Shown here: piece by piece, positions 29,297-39,086 of the stretch | Numbering within the stretch: position 1 is the first letter of the stretch | Layout: each line of letters begins with the position of its first letter | Source: Candidatus Hydrogenedens sp. | GTDB taxonomy: Bacteria; Hydrogenedentota; Hydrogenedentia; Hydrogenedentales; Hydrogenedentaceae | Assembly (NCBI GenBank): GCA_049968235.1 | Contig: JBMFRC010000008.1 | Span: 32,001 to 96,000 of the forward strand | DNA: 64,000 bases | Direction: 5' to 3' | Translations under genes and position numbers: made by a program | Notes under the pieces: model-generated | Seen by the model: only the letters and a program-made list of their open reading frames with translations | Database searches by the model: none | What the model was told of the DNA's origin: nothing

Positions 29297-30652
29297 TTAC
29301 GGTTGTGATTGAGATTTTTCCTCATTGGCTTCTATAACTTGAATCTGATTCATAAACTCCTGCCAACGGGACGATTGTCCACTTGCCTCCAATAACTGGA
29401 ATAAGGCAACATCGTAATCATATGCAGATTTAAGTCGTCCCAGTTGTGCGCGGGAATGCTGATACACAGCATCCACAACCTCAATAGAAGTACTCACACC
29501 TTCTTCAAATGCTTTGGTACGGACTCGCAGATTTTCTGCTGTTAATTGTAAGGTGGTGTCAAAACTTTCCCACTGTTCCCGCGATTTTTTCATCTCTTCA
29601 TATCTTTTAACAACAAGACTTTCAAGGTCTTTTTTTATTTTCACACGCATATATTCTGCTTTGCGGACTAACGCTTTTGCCGAAGCCGTTTTATGCTTCC
29701 CTTGAAAACCATCAAAAAATGTGTAGTTCAAACCAATCCCTACTGCCCAAGTTGGGTCTAACAAAGTTAAATCATCCTCAAAAATTTCATGCATCCCAAA
29801 AAGATAAACCGTAGGTCGATTTGCTCCCTTTTCTGCTTTTACGCCTGCATTTGCCTGTTCAACCTTTGAAGTTATGATAGATATAGCAGGATGAGTTTCG
29901 CCTATGCTACCTTTAAATGTATCAATAGGAGGTTCACTGGTTAAGAGGAATAATTCTGAATCAGGTTCCCACATATTATTTTCAAAAAGAATATTATTAA
30001 GTCCTTCCTGAATAATAAAAATATCTCTTTGTGCAGAATCTTCTTCCTGTTTCGCTTTTGCCAATTCAACCTGAGCATGAAGCAATTCTACTTTAGCAAT
30101 AATCCCTTCACGGAAAAGCCGTTCCGCACGGTCCACATGTTTTTCCATCAGTTCCCTTTTTAATATTTGAACTTTATAGTTTTGTTCTGCTAGTACCAAC
30201 CCATAATACCGTTGAGCAAGTTCTGTCAGTAATTGGAACCGTGTCCATTCCTTTTGTGCGACTGCTTCTGTTTTACGATGTTTGGAGACCTCATTAACCG
30301 CTGTGATACGCCCACCTGTATAAACAGGTAAACTTAGTTTAATTTGACCCTTCGTAAATTGCTTCTCCTGCACCTCATACGAAAACGGTATCGGGTCTAT
30401 ACCTATTTCTATAGGGGAATCTAAAAAGGTTTGTTTTACTTCCAATTCTCCTTTCGGGTAATAGAGCCCTTTCGCAGATTTCATCTCTTCTTCTTTTTGT
30501 CGAATTTCTTCGTCTACTGATGAAAGTGCAGGGTTATTGGCTTCCATTTTGGCTACCGCATCCGCAAAACTGAGCGGTTCTGCAGAAGAAATCTGAAAAA
30601 ACAAACCAGATAAAATAGTTATTAATAGAAAATATCTACCCATTACTTTCAA
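29297..30652 (-). CDS. TolC-like outer-membrane efflux protein
   Basis: 451 aa. Signal peptide. Two-repeat coiled-coil/beta architecture typical of OEP/TolC. Confidence 0.7.
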   Translation of the reverse strand: MKVMGRYFLLITILSGLFFQISSAEPLSFADAVAKMEANNPALSSVDEEIRQKEEEMKSAKGLYYPKGELEVKQTFLDSPIEIGIDPIPFSYEVQEKQFTKGQIKLSLPVYTGGRITAVNEVSKHRKTEAVAQKEWTRFQLLTELAQRYYGLVLAEQNYKVQILKRELMEKHVDRAERLFREGIIAKVELLHAQVELAKAKQEEDSAQRDIFIIQEGLNNILFENNMWEPDSELFLLTSEPPIDTFKGSIGETHPAISIITSKVEQANAGVKAEKGANRPTVYLFGMHEIFEDDLTLLDPTWAVGIGLNYTFFDGFQGKHKTASAKALVRKAEYMRVKIKKDLESLVVKRYEEMKKSREQWESFDTTLQLTAENLRVRTKAFEEGVSTSIEVVDAVYQHSRAQLGRLKSAYDYDVALFQLLEASGQSSRWQEFMNQIQVIEANEEKSQSQP

Positions 30653-30880
30653 ACACTTACATTTTTGTCAGGAAATAGACAATGTTTATGTATTTTTAGT
30701 GTCATATATCATAACAAAAATTCAAGACTCGTTGCTATAAAAACAATAAAAACAGAAAAACAAACTTTCAGGACCTTAAATTACTTTTAATATCCTTTAT
30801 GAAACTTCATTATGATTGCTAATATCTAATTCCATTATAATAAATCTTTAAAATTAACTTGGACATAATAAGGAGACTGT

Positions 30881-33151
30881 ATGAGTTTTTCCTTACATTT
30901 ATTTTTTTGTTGTATATTGCATGTTGTATTACAGGGAATGCCTGATATCCCTTATGAACATTATTTTAATACTCCCTTCCCCTTGAGGGAGGAAAATCTT
31001 TTCTCTGACCAAACTTTTTCACCTGTTTACGTTAAGCAAGAAGGGAATGATACAGCCTTATTTTTGGGAACAGAAAAAGGTTTGTTTCAAATTTCTTCTT
31101 TAAATAATCCAAATTGGATAAATATTCCCAATGAGAAGATAGAAAATGGACATATTTTTGATATAGAAACAGATTCAAATGGAAAAATTTATTTAGGTGC
31201 GTGGAATGGATTGTATGTTCTTGAAAATAACAAAATAGAACGAATTGAGGAAATAGATAATATTCCGATTGCAGTGATAAAGATTCCAGAGGGAAAAATT
31301 ATAATAGGTAGTCCCGAAGGAATTTGGATAAAGACAGAAAATGAACAATGGACAAAAATAAAATCCGCATTTCCCCGAAGTATTCGTGATATTGCTGTTG
31401 ATAATGATGAAAACATCTGGGTGGCTACAGAAAGTGGCTTAATTTGCATAAATAAAAAAAATGAATTGAAGCACTATAAACAAAAAGAAGACTTATTCGA
31501 CGCAGGGAATCCGGAAAAAGAATTGGTTTCGAATAATTTACTTACCGTGTGTGTTGTGAAAGACAATGAAATCTGGACAGGAGGATTGGGCGGTATTACA
31601 GTATTAAAAAATGGTAGGATAATAAAAAAATATATGCATACAGACTTCCCGGGGGCGATAATTACAAAAATTGTATATGATAATATATCTGACAAAGTAT
31701 GGGTAGGGACAAATAATGGTTTGGTATGTTTACCTGATGGAAATATCAAAAGTAAAATGGTTTTTCGGAGTAAACGATGGTTATTAGATGATAATATCCG
31801 TGATATTTTTGTTAATAATAATCATATATATATTAGCACAGTAAAAGGGGTAAGTCGGTTATCTATAGATAAGAAAACATTAGCGGATAAGGCAAATTAT
31901 TTTGAAAAAATAACAGAAGAGAGACATACAAGGGAACCGGGTATCGTGGAACATTGTAAATTGCGTGTTCCCGGAGACCTGTCAACATGGGAACCTCAGG
32001 ACGATGATAATGATGGCGGTTATACAAATATGTATCTTGCAAGTTTATCACTTCAATACGCAGTTACAAAAGATGAAAAAGTCCAACAACGAGCGAAACA
32101 TATCTTTCAAGCCATTTTATTTCTGGAAGAAGTAACAGGATTGCCCGGTTTCATTGCAAGAACAGTAGTCCCTGCGGATTGGACACAGGTGAACGACCCC
32201 AATGAAGAAATAACCCCTCAACAAAAATCGCTGATGCGAGTATTAGACCCACGATATAAACCTGTTGAAACTCGCTGGCGCAAGTCCCATGATGGGAAAT
32301 GGTTATGGAAAGGTGATACAAGTAGCGATGAGATTACTGCTCATTTCTTCGGCTGGGCAATTTATTATGATTTGTGTGCAGATGATGAAGATAAACAAAT
32401 ATTAAAATCTCTCGTCTCTCGTGTGATGGATAAAATCATTGCAGATGGTTTTGTACTTAAAGATATCGACGGGACACATACACGCTGGGGTGTATGGTCT
32501 CCTGAACTGCTCAAACATGACCCTCATTGGTCAAACGAAAGAGGAGTAAATGCCTTAGAAATTTTATCTTATTTAAAAGCCTCATACCACATTACAGGTA
32601 ATGAAAAATATCAAAAGGAATATGAACATTTGTTGATAGATGAAGATTATGCTTCTCTCGCAAAAAAAGCAAAAAATTATGGTCCTTCATCACGGACTCA
32701 TATAGATGACGAATTGTTAGCATTTTCCTATCCCGCTTTGTTCCGATATGAAAAAGATGAACAAGTATTAAAGATATACCGCGACAGTATTCAGCATTGG
32801 TATAAAGGTATAGAAAACGAACATTGTCCATTGTTCAATTTTATTTATACGTGGTGTACGGGTAATAGTTCAAACATGGAAATGTCCGTAAAAACATTAA
32901 GGGAAATTCCCTATGACCTTATTAATTGGACGATAGATAACAGGTCCCGAGAAGACATTCGTCTGGTTCGTGAACCTATTCTGGAAGTAATACAGACATC
33001 ACGACTTCTCCCCCCGGGGGAAACTGCTGTAATCCGCTGGGATAAGAATCGCTGGGAAGCCATTCAGGGAGATGGGGGAAGAACAGAAAGGGCACCTACT
33101 TTTTATCTATTTCCTTACTGGTTGGGAAAATATTTAGGGCTAATTGAGTGA
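30881..33151 (+). CDS. large protein with N-terminal Reg_prop/Y_Y_Y-type beta-propeller repeats and C-terminal unknown (possibly alpha/alpha-toroid hydrolase-like) domain
   Basis: Repeated IWVATESGL / VWVGTNNGL propeller blades. No motif recognised in the C-terminal ~400 aa. Confidence 0.4.
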   Translation: MSFSLHLFFCCILHVVLQGMPDIPYEHYFNTPFPLREENLFSDQTFSPVYVKQEGNDTALFLGTEKGLFQISSLNNPNWINIPNEKIENGHIFDIETDSNGKIYLGAWNGLYVLENNKIERIEEIDNIPIAVIKIPEGKIIIGSPEGIWIKTENEQWTKIKSAFPRSIRDIAVDNDENIWVATESGLICINKKNELKHYKQKEDLFDAGNPEKELVSNNLLTVCVVKDNEIWTGGLGGITVLKNGRIIKKYMHTDFPGAIITKIVYDNISDKVWVGTNNGLVCLPDGNIKSKMVFRSKRWLLDDNIRDIFVNNNHIYISTVKGVSRLSIDKKTLADKANYFEKITEERHTREPGIVEHCKLRVPGDLSTWEPQDDDNDGGYTNMYLASLSLQYAVTKDEKVQQRAKHIFQAILFLEEVTGLPGFIARTVVPADWTQVNDPNEEITPQQKSLMRVLDPRYKPVETRWRKSHDGKWLWKGDTSSDEITAHFFGWAIYYDLCADDEDKQILKSLVSRVMDKIIADGFVLKDIDGTHTRWGVWSPELLKHDPHWSNERGVNALEILSYLKASYHITGNEKYQKEYEHLLIDEDYASLAKKAKNYGPSSRTHIDDELLAFSYPALFRYEKDEQVLKIYRDSIQHWYKGIENEHCPLFNFIYTWCTGNSSNMEMSVKTLREIPYDLINWTIDNRSREDIRLVREPILEVIQTSRLLPPGETAVIRWDKNRWEAIQGDGGRTERAPTFYLFPYWLGKYLGLIE

Positions 33152-33322
33152 ATATTTCTATACATAGGTTCGTATCAATTAGTATCTTTCTATTAGATTC
33201 CTGAGAAATAGTTTTCTCATTTATCATGCAAGTTTTAATACTCTCTTTGCTTTTATTTAGAATACAAACATATCCTTGTTCTCTTTCCTATTATTTAGAT
33301 ATTATTTCAAAGGTGTTACTAC

Positions 33323-34009
33323 ATGATAGATTTTTATAATTGGGATTTTATCTGGCAATTAGTTGGCATTACAGGTGCCGTCATTTTTTTTGGACGATTT
33401 TATATACAGTGGATATGGTCCGAAAAATTGGGACGTAGTGTTATCCCCATCATATTCTGGTATATGAGTTCTGTGGGTTCTATCCTACTTTTGGGATATG
33501 GGGTATATATTCTTTCACCTGTGGGTGTAGTCAGTTACGGCTTCAATCTACTGGTATATGCCCGCAATTTAATTCATATCTGGCGAAAACAAAATAAACT
33601 TACCCCTTTCCGTTATTATTTTATACATGGGCTTGTCCTCCTTGCTTTTATTGTATCCACAGTTGTTGTTTGTTATGTTTTCTATCAGAAATTTTTCAAT
33701 GTCCGTGAAATGGCAAAAACCCATGCAGTCCGTTATAGTTTATGGATTTTTCTCGGATTAATAGGGCAGATACTCTTTGCTTTTCGCTTCTTAATTCAAT
33801 GGATAGCAACAGAAGTAAAAAAACAAAGTTTCATCCCATCAATATTCTGGTACCTTAGCCTTTTGGCTTCATTCTTGCAAATTATTTCCTATTCATTTCA
33901 AAAAGAGTGGCTATATGCCATCGGACTATTTACAACCCTTTTCATATACTTCCGAAATATATGGCTACTCAAAAAAGGCGAAAAACTTTCCCCCACTAAC
34001 GGAGAATAA
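33323..34009 (+). CDS. membrane protein with tandem Lipid-A-biosynthesis N-terminal (LAB_N) domains
   Basis: Two ~100-aa half-domains, each with the FGRFYIQW / FAFRFLIQW motif (consensus FxxRFxIQW) followed by a W-rich TM pair. Confidence 0.5.
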   Translation: MIDFYNWDFIWQLVGITGAVIFFGRFYIQWIWSEKLGRSVIPIIFWYMSSVGSILLLGYGVYILSPVGVVSYGFNLLVYARNLIHIWRKQNKLTPFRYYFIHGLVLLAFIVSTVVVCYVFYQKFFNVREMAKTHAVRYSLWIFLGLIGQILFAFRFLIQWIATEVKKQSFIPSIFWYLSLLASFLQIISYSFQKEWLYAIGLFTTLFIYFRNIWLLKKGEKLSPTNGE

Positions 34010-34312
34010 AAACATATTCCTTTATACTATTAAAACATTGAAAAAAAATAAATACTTACTACATAATGAACTAAAAGGAAAACTACTCAAAAATGATACA
34101 GAAAAATAGGATATTAAAATAACAGAGAGGCATAATTTTGATGTTTTGATATTTTATATAAAGGTATTTTAAAAAGTGTGATAGAATACATTTTGAATCC
34201 CCTATTGTTCAGATAGATAAACATAAATTGGACAAATTTGAGAAGGGATTCCATTATAAAAACATAAAAATTTAATTTTATTAATTTCTGAATAATTCCC
34301 CCAAAAAAAGAA

Positions 34313-34388
34313 TGGTGGAGTCGAGGAGGATCGAACTCCCGACCTCATGACTGCCAGTCATGCGCTCTCCCAACTGAGCTACGACCCC
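34313..34388 (-). tRNA. tRNA-Ala (anticodon GGC)
   Basis: Folded by hand from the reverse complement: 7-bp acceptor stem GGGGUCG/CGACUCC with a G3:U70 pair, D-arm GCUC/GAGC, anticodon stem CAUGA/UCAUG with loop CUGGCAG, T-loop UUCGAUC, encoded CCA. Confidence 0.85.
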
Positions 34389-34473
34389 ACATATATTGTT
34401 ATTATAAACCAAATTACCTGTTATTGTAAAACAGAAAAATGAATTAGAATTCCATAATCTATTAGAATTATAG

Positions 34474-35895
34474 ATGGTTTTCTCAAAATTGAAGGGATTA
34501 GTTCACATGAATAAATATTTTTTGAAAATGCAAAGCATCGCTTCCATTATTTTTTCACTGTTCCTGATATGTTTTGTTTCCCTCTTTTCCTACGCACAGT
34601 CAGGTAAAAAAGATGATGCTACAGTTACCCTGAGACCACCATATTTATTAGACGAACAAGGACGAATTACTATTTACCATGGAATTACCGTTTCCAATTC
34701 CGCAAAAAGTGCAGAGGATTTTCTCCCATGGCAAAAAAAAGAGGACTTCGCAAGATTAAAAGATTGGGGATTTAATCTGGTACGATATTTAATTTTTTGG
34801 GAGGCTATAGAACCCGTTTCAGGTCAATACAATGATAAATATATGCGGAATACTTTAGAACGATTAAAGTGGTTAGAGGAATTGGGAATTGATGTTCTGC
34901 TATGTGTTCATCAAGACCTATTTCATCGTCGATTTGGAGGTAGTGGTTTTCCAGACTGGGCTGTACATGATGGAGGTTATTCTGTTACTCCTGTCTCGCC
35001 TCCTTATAAAAATTATTTTACAAAACCAGTAATGAGTTGTTTCGATTATTTCTGGCGGAGTGATTTATTAAAAAATAGTTATGTAGATATGCTTAAATAT
35101 GTCCTTTCCAATGTAGATAAACTTCCTAATTTGATAGGACTTGAAGTATTCGATGAACCCTGGCCTCATATAGGTCCCGGATTTGAAGCAACCATACTTT
35201 CAGATTTCTATCAGCGTATCGAGAAAATGAAAATAGCCAATAACTTTAAAACTACACTTTACTTCCAACCCATGTTAATTTCAAGTGTAGTTATTCCCAC
35301 AGGATTGCAATTTCAACCTACGGGGTTTGCTGTATACGCTGTTCGCTATTTTGACCCCTTTTATGAAAATGAAAACAGTACATACGGAAAAACAAATAAC
35401 TGGATTATGTCAACTACCATTTCTCAAAGAGTTCGTGAATCCCGCCGATGGGGAATTCCTATGTTGATAACCGATTTCGGTGTAGCATTGAATCCTGCTG
35501 AAACAATGCGGTTTTTAGATGATTGGTTCTTACTTATGGACCAGTACCATTTAGGTTGGGTATATAATTCTTATGACCGTGATACAATAAACCCTTATGG
35601 TATATTAGATAGTGAGGGAAATTCGAAGCCCGTATTAAGCAAATTAATTCAGACATATCCTCAAAAAATTGCAGGGAAAAACCCTACATGGTATACAAAG
35701 GGAAATATTTTCAAACTTAGTTATGAACCTGATGGAAATGTTGCTCCAACAGTTATTTTTATTCCCCGAAGTGATGTAGCAAGACAGGTTGTTGTAAATA
35801 CAAAGCCTTATCCTTATGACCCATTTAAAGATTTGCGTTTTGAATATAAAGCCAGTCCAAATGAAAAAACTGTAAATATTGTTGTCCAATGGTAG
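34474..35895 (+). CDS. secreted glycoside hydrolase family 5 protein
   Basis: Signal peptide. GH5 blocks WGFNLVRYLIFWEAIEP and GLEVFDEPW (DEP in place of NEP). Confidence 0.65.
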   Translation: MVFSKLKGLVHMNKYFLKMQSIASIIFSLFLICFVSLFSYAQSGKKDDATVTLRPPYLLDEQGRITIYHGITVSNSAKSAEDFLPWQKKEDFARLKDWGFNLVRYLIFWEAIEPVSGQYNDKYMRNTLERLKWLEELGIDVLLCVHQDLFHRRFGGSGFPDWAVHDGGYSVTPVSPPYKNYFTKPVMSCFDYFWRSDLLKNSYVDMLKYVLSNVDKLPNLIGLEVFDEPWPHIGPGFEATILSDFYQRIEKMKIANNFKTTLYFQPMLISSVVIPTGLQFQPTGFAVYAVRYFDPFYENENSTYGKTNNWIMSTTISQRVRESRRWGIPMLITDFGVALNPAETMRFLDDWFLLMDQYHLGWVYNSYDRDTINPYGILDSEGNSKPVLSKLIQTYPQKIAGKNPTWYTKGNIFKLSYEPDGNVAPTVIFIPRSDVARQVVVNTKPYPYDPFKDLRFEYKASPNEKTVNIVVQW

Positions 35896-35919
35896 ATACA
35901 GGAAAATTTATTTATAACT

Positions 35920-37347
35920 GTGTTTAACTGCAAATTACAGGATTATTTTCAAGAATATTCGTCATATCCTCTATTTCAAACCTGTGAAGGTGTTATTCGT
36001 TTTAGAGAGATATGGAAAAAGTCTGATAAATTTATTAAATATTTATCAAAACTGGAAGGAAAACGAATAGGTCTTATATCCGCAACTTCTCCAGATGCTT
36101 TAATACTTATATGTGCTTCAGTTAGATTAAACACCCAGATTGTTTTATTCTCTCCTTTTGACCCACCCTCATTGATTAATAGGTATATACAAGAAACTCA
36201 AATATCAATTCTTTTTTGTGAGGATAATTGCATTTATAAATATTCAGAATTTCCTATTCCTGTTGTATCTTATCAAAAAATTGAGGCTGTGGAACAGTTC
36301 AACATACCCAATATCTCAAACAGCCTTGCAATAGAAGAAAGTATATTCATCATAATGACCTCAGGGAGTTCTACTTCCCCCAAAAAAGTCGTTTTGACAT
36401 TAAGTAACTTATTACAAAATGCTCATTATAGCAATAGAAATTTAACCTTTCACTATGGAAATACCTGGCTTGCCTCTCTACCTTTGTTTCATGTTTCAGG
36501 CTTGTCCATTTTATTTCGTTCAATAGAAAGTGGAGGTAGTATCTATATTCCCTCCGGGAACACCCGTTGGTGGGAAACAGATTTACCACCCGAAGTAACA
36601 CATATTTCTGTAGTCAGCACAATTTTGAAAAGATTACTGGATAAGGAGAATTATTTTTCCGAGAAAAGTATAAAAGGGATATTGTTGGGCGGAGGACCTA
36701 TACCCCATGGGATAGTTCGTAAATGTTATGAAATGTCTCTGCCTCTATATACAACTTATGGCTTATCGGAAATGTCTTCCCAGGTAACAACAACAAGCAC
36801 CCATGATTCTTTATCTCATTTATTAACCTGTGGAAAACCTCTTATCCCCGATACAGTAAAAGTAGATAACGATGGGAATATTTTTGTCCGCGGTCCTTGC
36901 AGGTTTCTGGGATATCTACAAGGGAATACTATTGAACAACCCTTTGATGATGAAGGTTGGTTTGCTACTCAGGATATAGGAAAATGGACTTCAGATGGCT
37001 ATCTTCAAGTTTTGGGAAGGAAGGATAATATTTTTACATGTGGAGGAGAAAACATCCAACCGGAAGAAATTGAAAATCAAATTATGTCCAGTGGTTATGT
37101 TAACAAAGTTGTTATCGTTCCTATGAAGGATGAGGAATATGGATATATTCCTATTGCCTTTGTTGAATTCACTTACAACAAAAAGGAATCCGACCTAAAA
37201 AGATATTTAAAACAACAAATATCCAGCATAAAAATACCTAAATATTACTTTCCTTTTCCTGAAGAATTCGAAGGGAAAGGAATAAAAGTATCCCGAAAAA
37301 AATTAATGGAATGGGTGTGTAATAATATAAAACAAACTGGAATATAA
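35920..37347 (+). CDS. AMP-dependent synthetase/ligase (MenE/acyl-CoA ligase-like)
   Basis: Adenylation motifs IIMTSGSSTSPKKV (cf. TSGSTGxPK) and YGLSEMSS. C-terminal lysine region GKGIKVSRKKL. Confidence 0.65.
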   Translation: MFNCKLQDYFQEYSSYPLFQTCEGVIRFREIWKKSDKFIKYLSKLEGKRIGLISATSPDALILICASVRLNTQIVLFSPFDPPSLINRYIQETQISILFCEDNCIYKYSEFPIPVVSYQKIEAVEQFNIPNISNSLAIEESIFIIMTSGSSTSPKKVVLTLSNLLQNAHYSNRNLTFHYGNTWLASLPLFHVSGLSILFRSIESGGSIYIPSGNTRWWETDLPPEVTHISVVSTILKRLLDKENYFSEKSIKGILLGGGPIPHGIVRKCYEMSLPLYTTYGLSEMSSQVTTTSTHDSLSHLLTCGKPLIPDTVKVDNDGNIFVRGPCRFLGYLQGNTIEQPFDDEGWFATQDIGKWTSDGYLQVLGRKDNIFTCGGENIQPEEIENQIMSSGYVNKVVIVPMKDEEYGYIPIAFVEFTYNKKESDLKRYLKQQISSIKIPKYYFPFPEEFEGKGIKVSRKKLMEWVCNNIKQTGI

Positions 37348-37348
37348 C

Positions 37349-38989
37349 ATGAAATTATTCAAGAAAACTGCTATCTTCTCCGCCTTTCTTGTTCTACTTC
37401 TCTCCTGCAATATTTTTTCTACAAAACGCTCTATAGAAATTCCTATGAGCGATGGGGTAAAACTCAAAGCAGAATTATGGCTTCCTAACTATACAGGCGA
37501 TTTTCCTGTTCTATTAGAACGGACTCCTTATAATCGTAAACAAATAATAAAAATGCATCAACATCTTGTTGATACAGGTTATGCAGTTTTGGTTCAAAAT
37601 CTACGCGGGACAGTAGGGTCTGAGGGGGAATGGGAAGTTTTTGGTAGTGATAGTTGGGGCGGTCCTGGTAAACAGGATGGAATAGATACAATCGAATGGA
37701 TAAAAAAACAAAAATGGTGCAATGGCAAAATTGGTCTAATAGGTTTTTCTGCCTCTGCCATATCTGCCCAATTATTATTAGCCTCCCGTCCCGAAGGAGT
37801 ACAGTGTGCATATCTGGTAGCCGGTTCTGATAACTTCTATGAAACAGTATTCCCGAACGGCTGTTATCGTAAAAATACAATAGAAGAATGGGGACCAGCA
37901 AAAGAATATCTACCGGAAATTATAAAACATCCCTCGTATGATGAATTCTGGGAACAACGCAATGCTCGTAAGCATGCAGAACGGGTCTATGTCCCTGTAT
38001 ATATCGTTGGAGGTTGGTTTGATTTATTTCAACGTAGTTCCACAGAATTTTTTAGATTACTACATACAAATACAACCTCTTCAACATTTGGAAAATGTAA
38101 ACTGGTTATGCTTCCTTTAGCCCATTCCGCAAATCCCGGAGAACTTGTTCTCGAAGACCGTAATAAAACAAACCTTGATGAGAAAGTGGGTAGTATGCAA
38201 GAATGGTTCAATTACTGGCTTAAAGGCATAGACAACGGTTTATATAAAAAATCTGCAATAGGAATGTTTATTATCGGCGACAACCAAAATCCCGGTGAAA
38301 TAGGAAACACATACCAATTTTATGATAATTTACCCTGGAGTTCTAATCCTGTTAAAATGTTTCTAATTTCAGGAGGAAATCTCTCCTTTACTGAACCCAG
38401 CGAAGAGGAACGTTTTTCTTCCTATACCTATGACCCACTTGACCCAACCCCATCAAAAGGGGGAAACAATCTTCTTCCACCCTCAGGTCCTTATGACCAG
38501 CGTGAAATTGAACAAAGAAATGATTTACTTTTATTCACTTCTCCACCCTTAAAAAAACATCTAACCTTAATAGGCCCCATAAAGGTAGTTTTATATGCTT
38601 CTACCAATGTAACAGATACCGATTTTGGAGCACGTTTTTGTGATGTCTATCCCGATGGCAGGTCCATGTTAATAAATGAAGGAATGGTTAAAACTCGCTA
38701 TAGGGAAAGTATTAGTCAGGAGAAATTAATTGAGCCGGGAAAAATTTATGAATACGAAATTGACCTATGGGACACGGCACTAGTTCTTGCTCCTGAACAC
38801 CGTATACGAATAACAATTATTTCTGCAAGTAATCCACGGTATGAGCCCAACCCGAACACAGGAGAACCTTTCCGTCAGCATACACAAACACGAAAAGCCA
38901 CCAACCAGATTTATCATGATAAATCACATTCTTCCTATATCCTTTTACCTTGCATTGATACCCATGATATATTACATGACTTATTTTAA
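37349..38989 (+). CDS. CocE/NonD-family alpha/beta hydrolase (X-Pro dipeptidyl-peptidase S15-like)
   Basis: Signal peptide. PVLLERTPYNRK and GLIGFSASA nucleophile-elbow blocks. C-terminal beta-sandwich region. Start lies 2 nt after the ligase stop. Confidence 0.7.
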   Translation: MKLFKKTAIFSAFLVLLLSCNIFSTKRSIEIPMSDGVKLKAELWLPNYTGDFPVLLERTPYNRKQIIKMHQHLVDTGYAVLVQNLRGTVGSEGEWEVFGSDSWGGPGKQDGIDTIEWIKKQKWCNGKIGLIGFSASAISAQLLLASRPEGVQCAYLVAGSDNFYETVFPNGCYRKNTIEEWGPAKEYLPEIIKHPSYDEFWEQRNARKHAERVYVPVYIVGGWFDLFQRSSTEFFRLLHTNTTSSTFGKCKLVMLPLAHSANPGELVLEDRNKTNLDEKVGSMQEWFNYWLKGIDNGLYKKSAIGMFIIGDNQNPGEIGNTYQFYDNLPWSSNPVKMFLISGGNLSFTEPSEEERFSSYTYDPLDPTPSKGGNNLLPPSGPYDQREIEQRNDLLLFTSPPLKKHLTLIGPIKVVLYASTNVTDTDFGARFCDVYPDGRSMLINEGMVKTRYRESISQEKLIEPGKIYEYEIDLWDTALVLAPEHRIRITIISASNPRYEPNPNTGEPFRQHTQTRKATNQIYHDKSHSSYILLPCIDTHDILHDLF

Positions 38990-39086
38990 TTTTTACTCTA
39001 ACAATTAGATATGTCGGGCAAAAATCAATTAATATAGTTAGCACAATGAAAATTAAATCTGAAATATATTTTTTGGAGAGAAAAAT

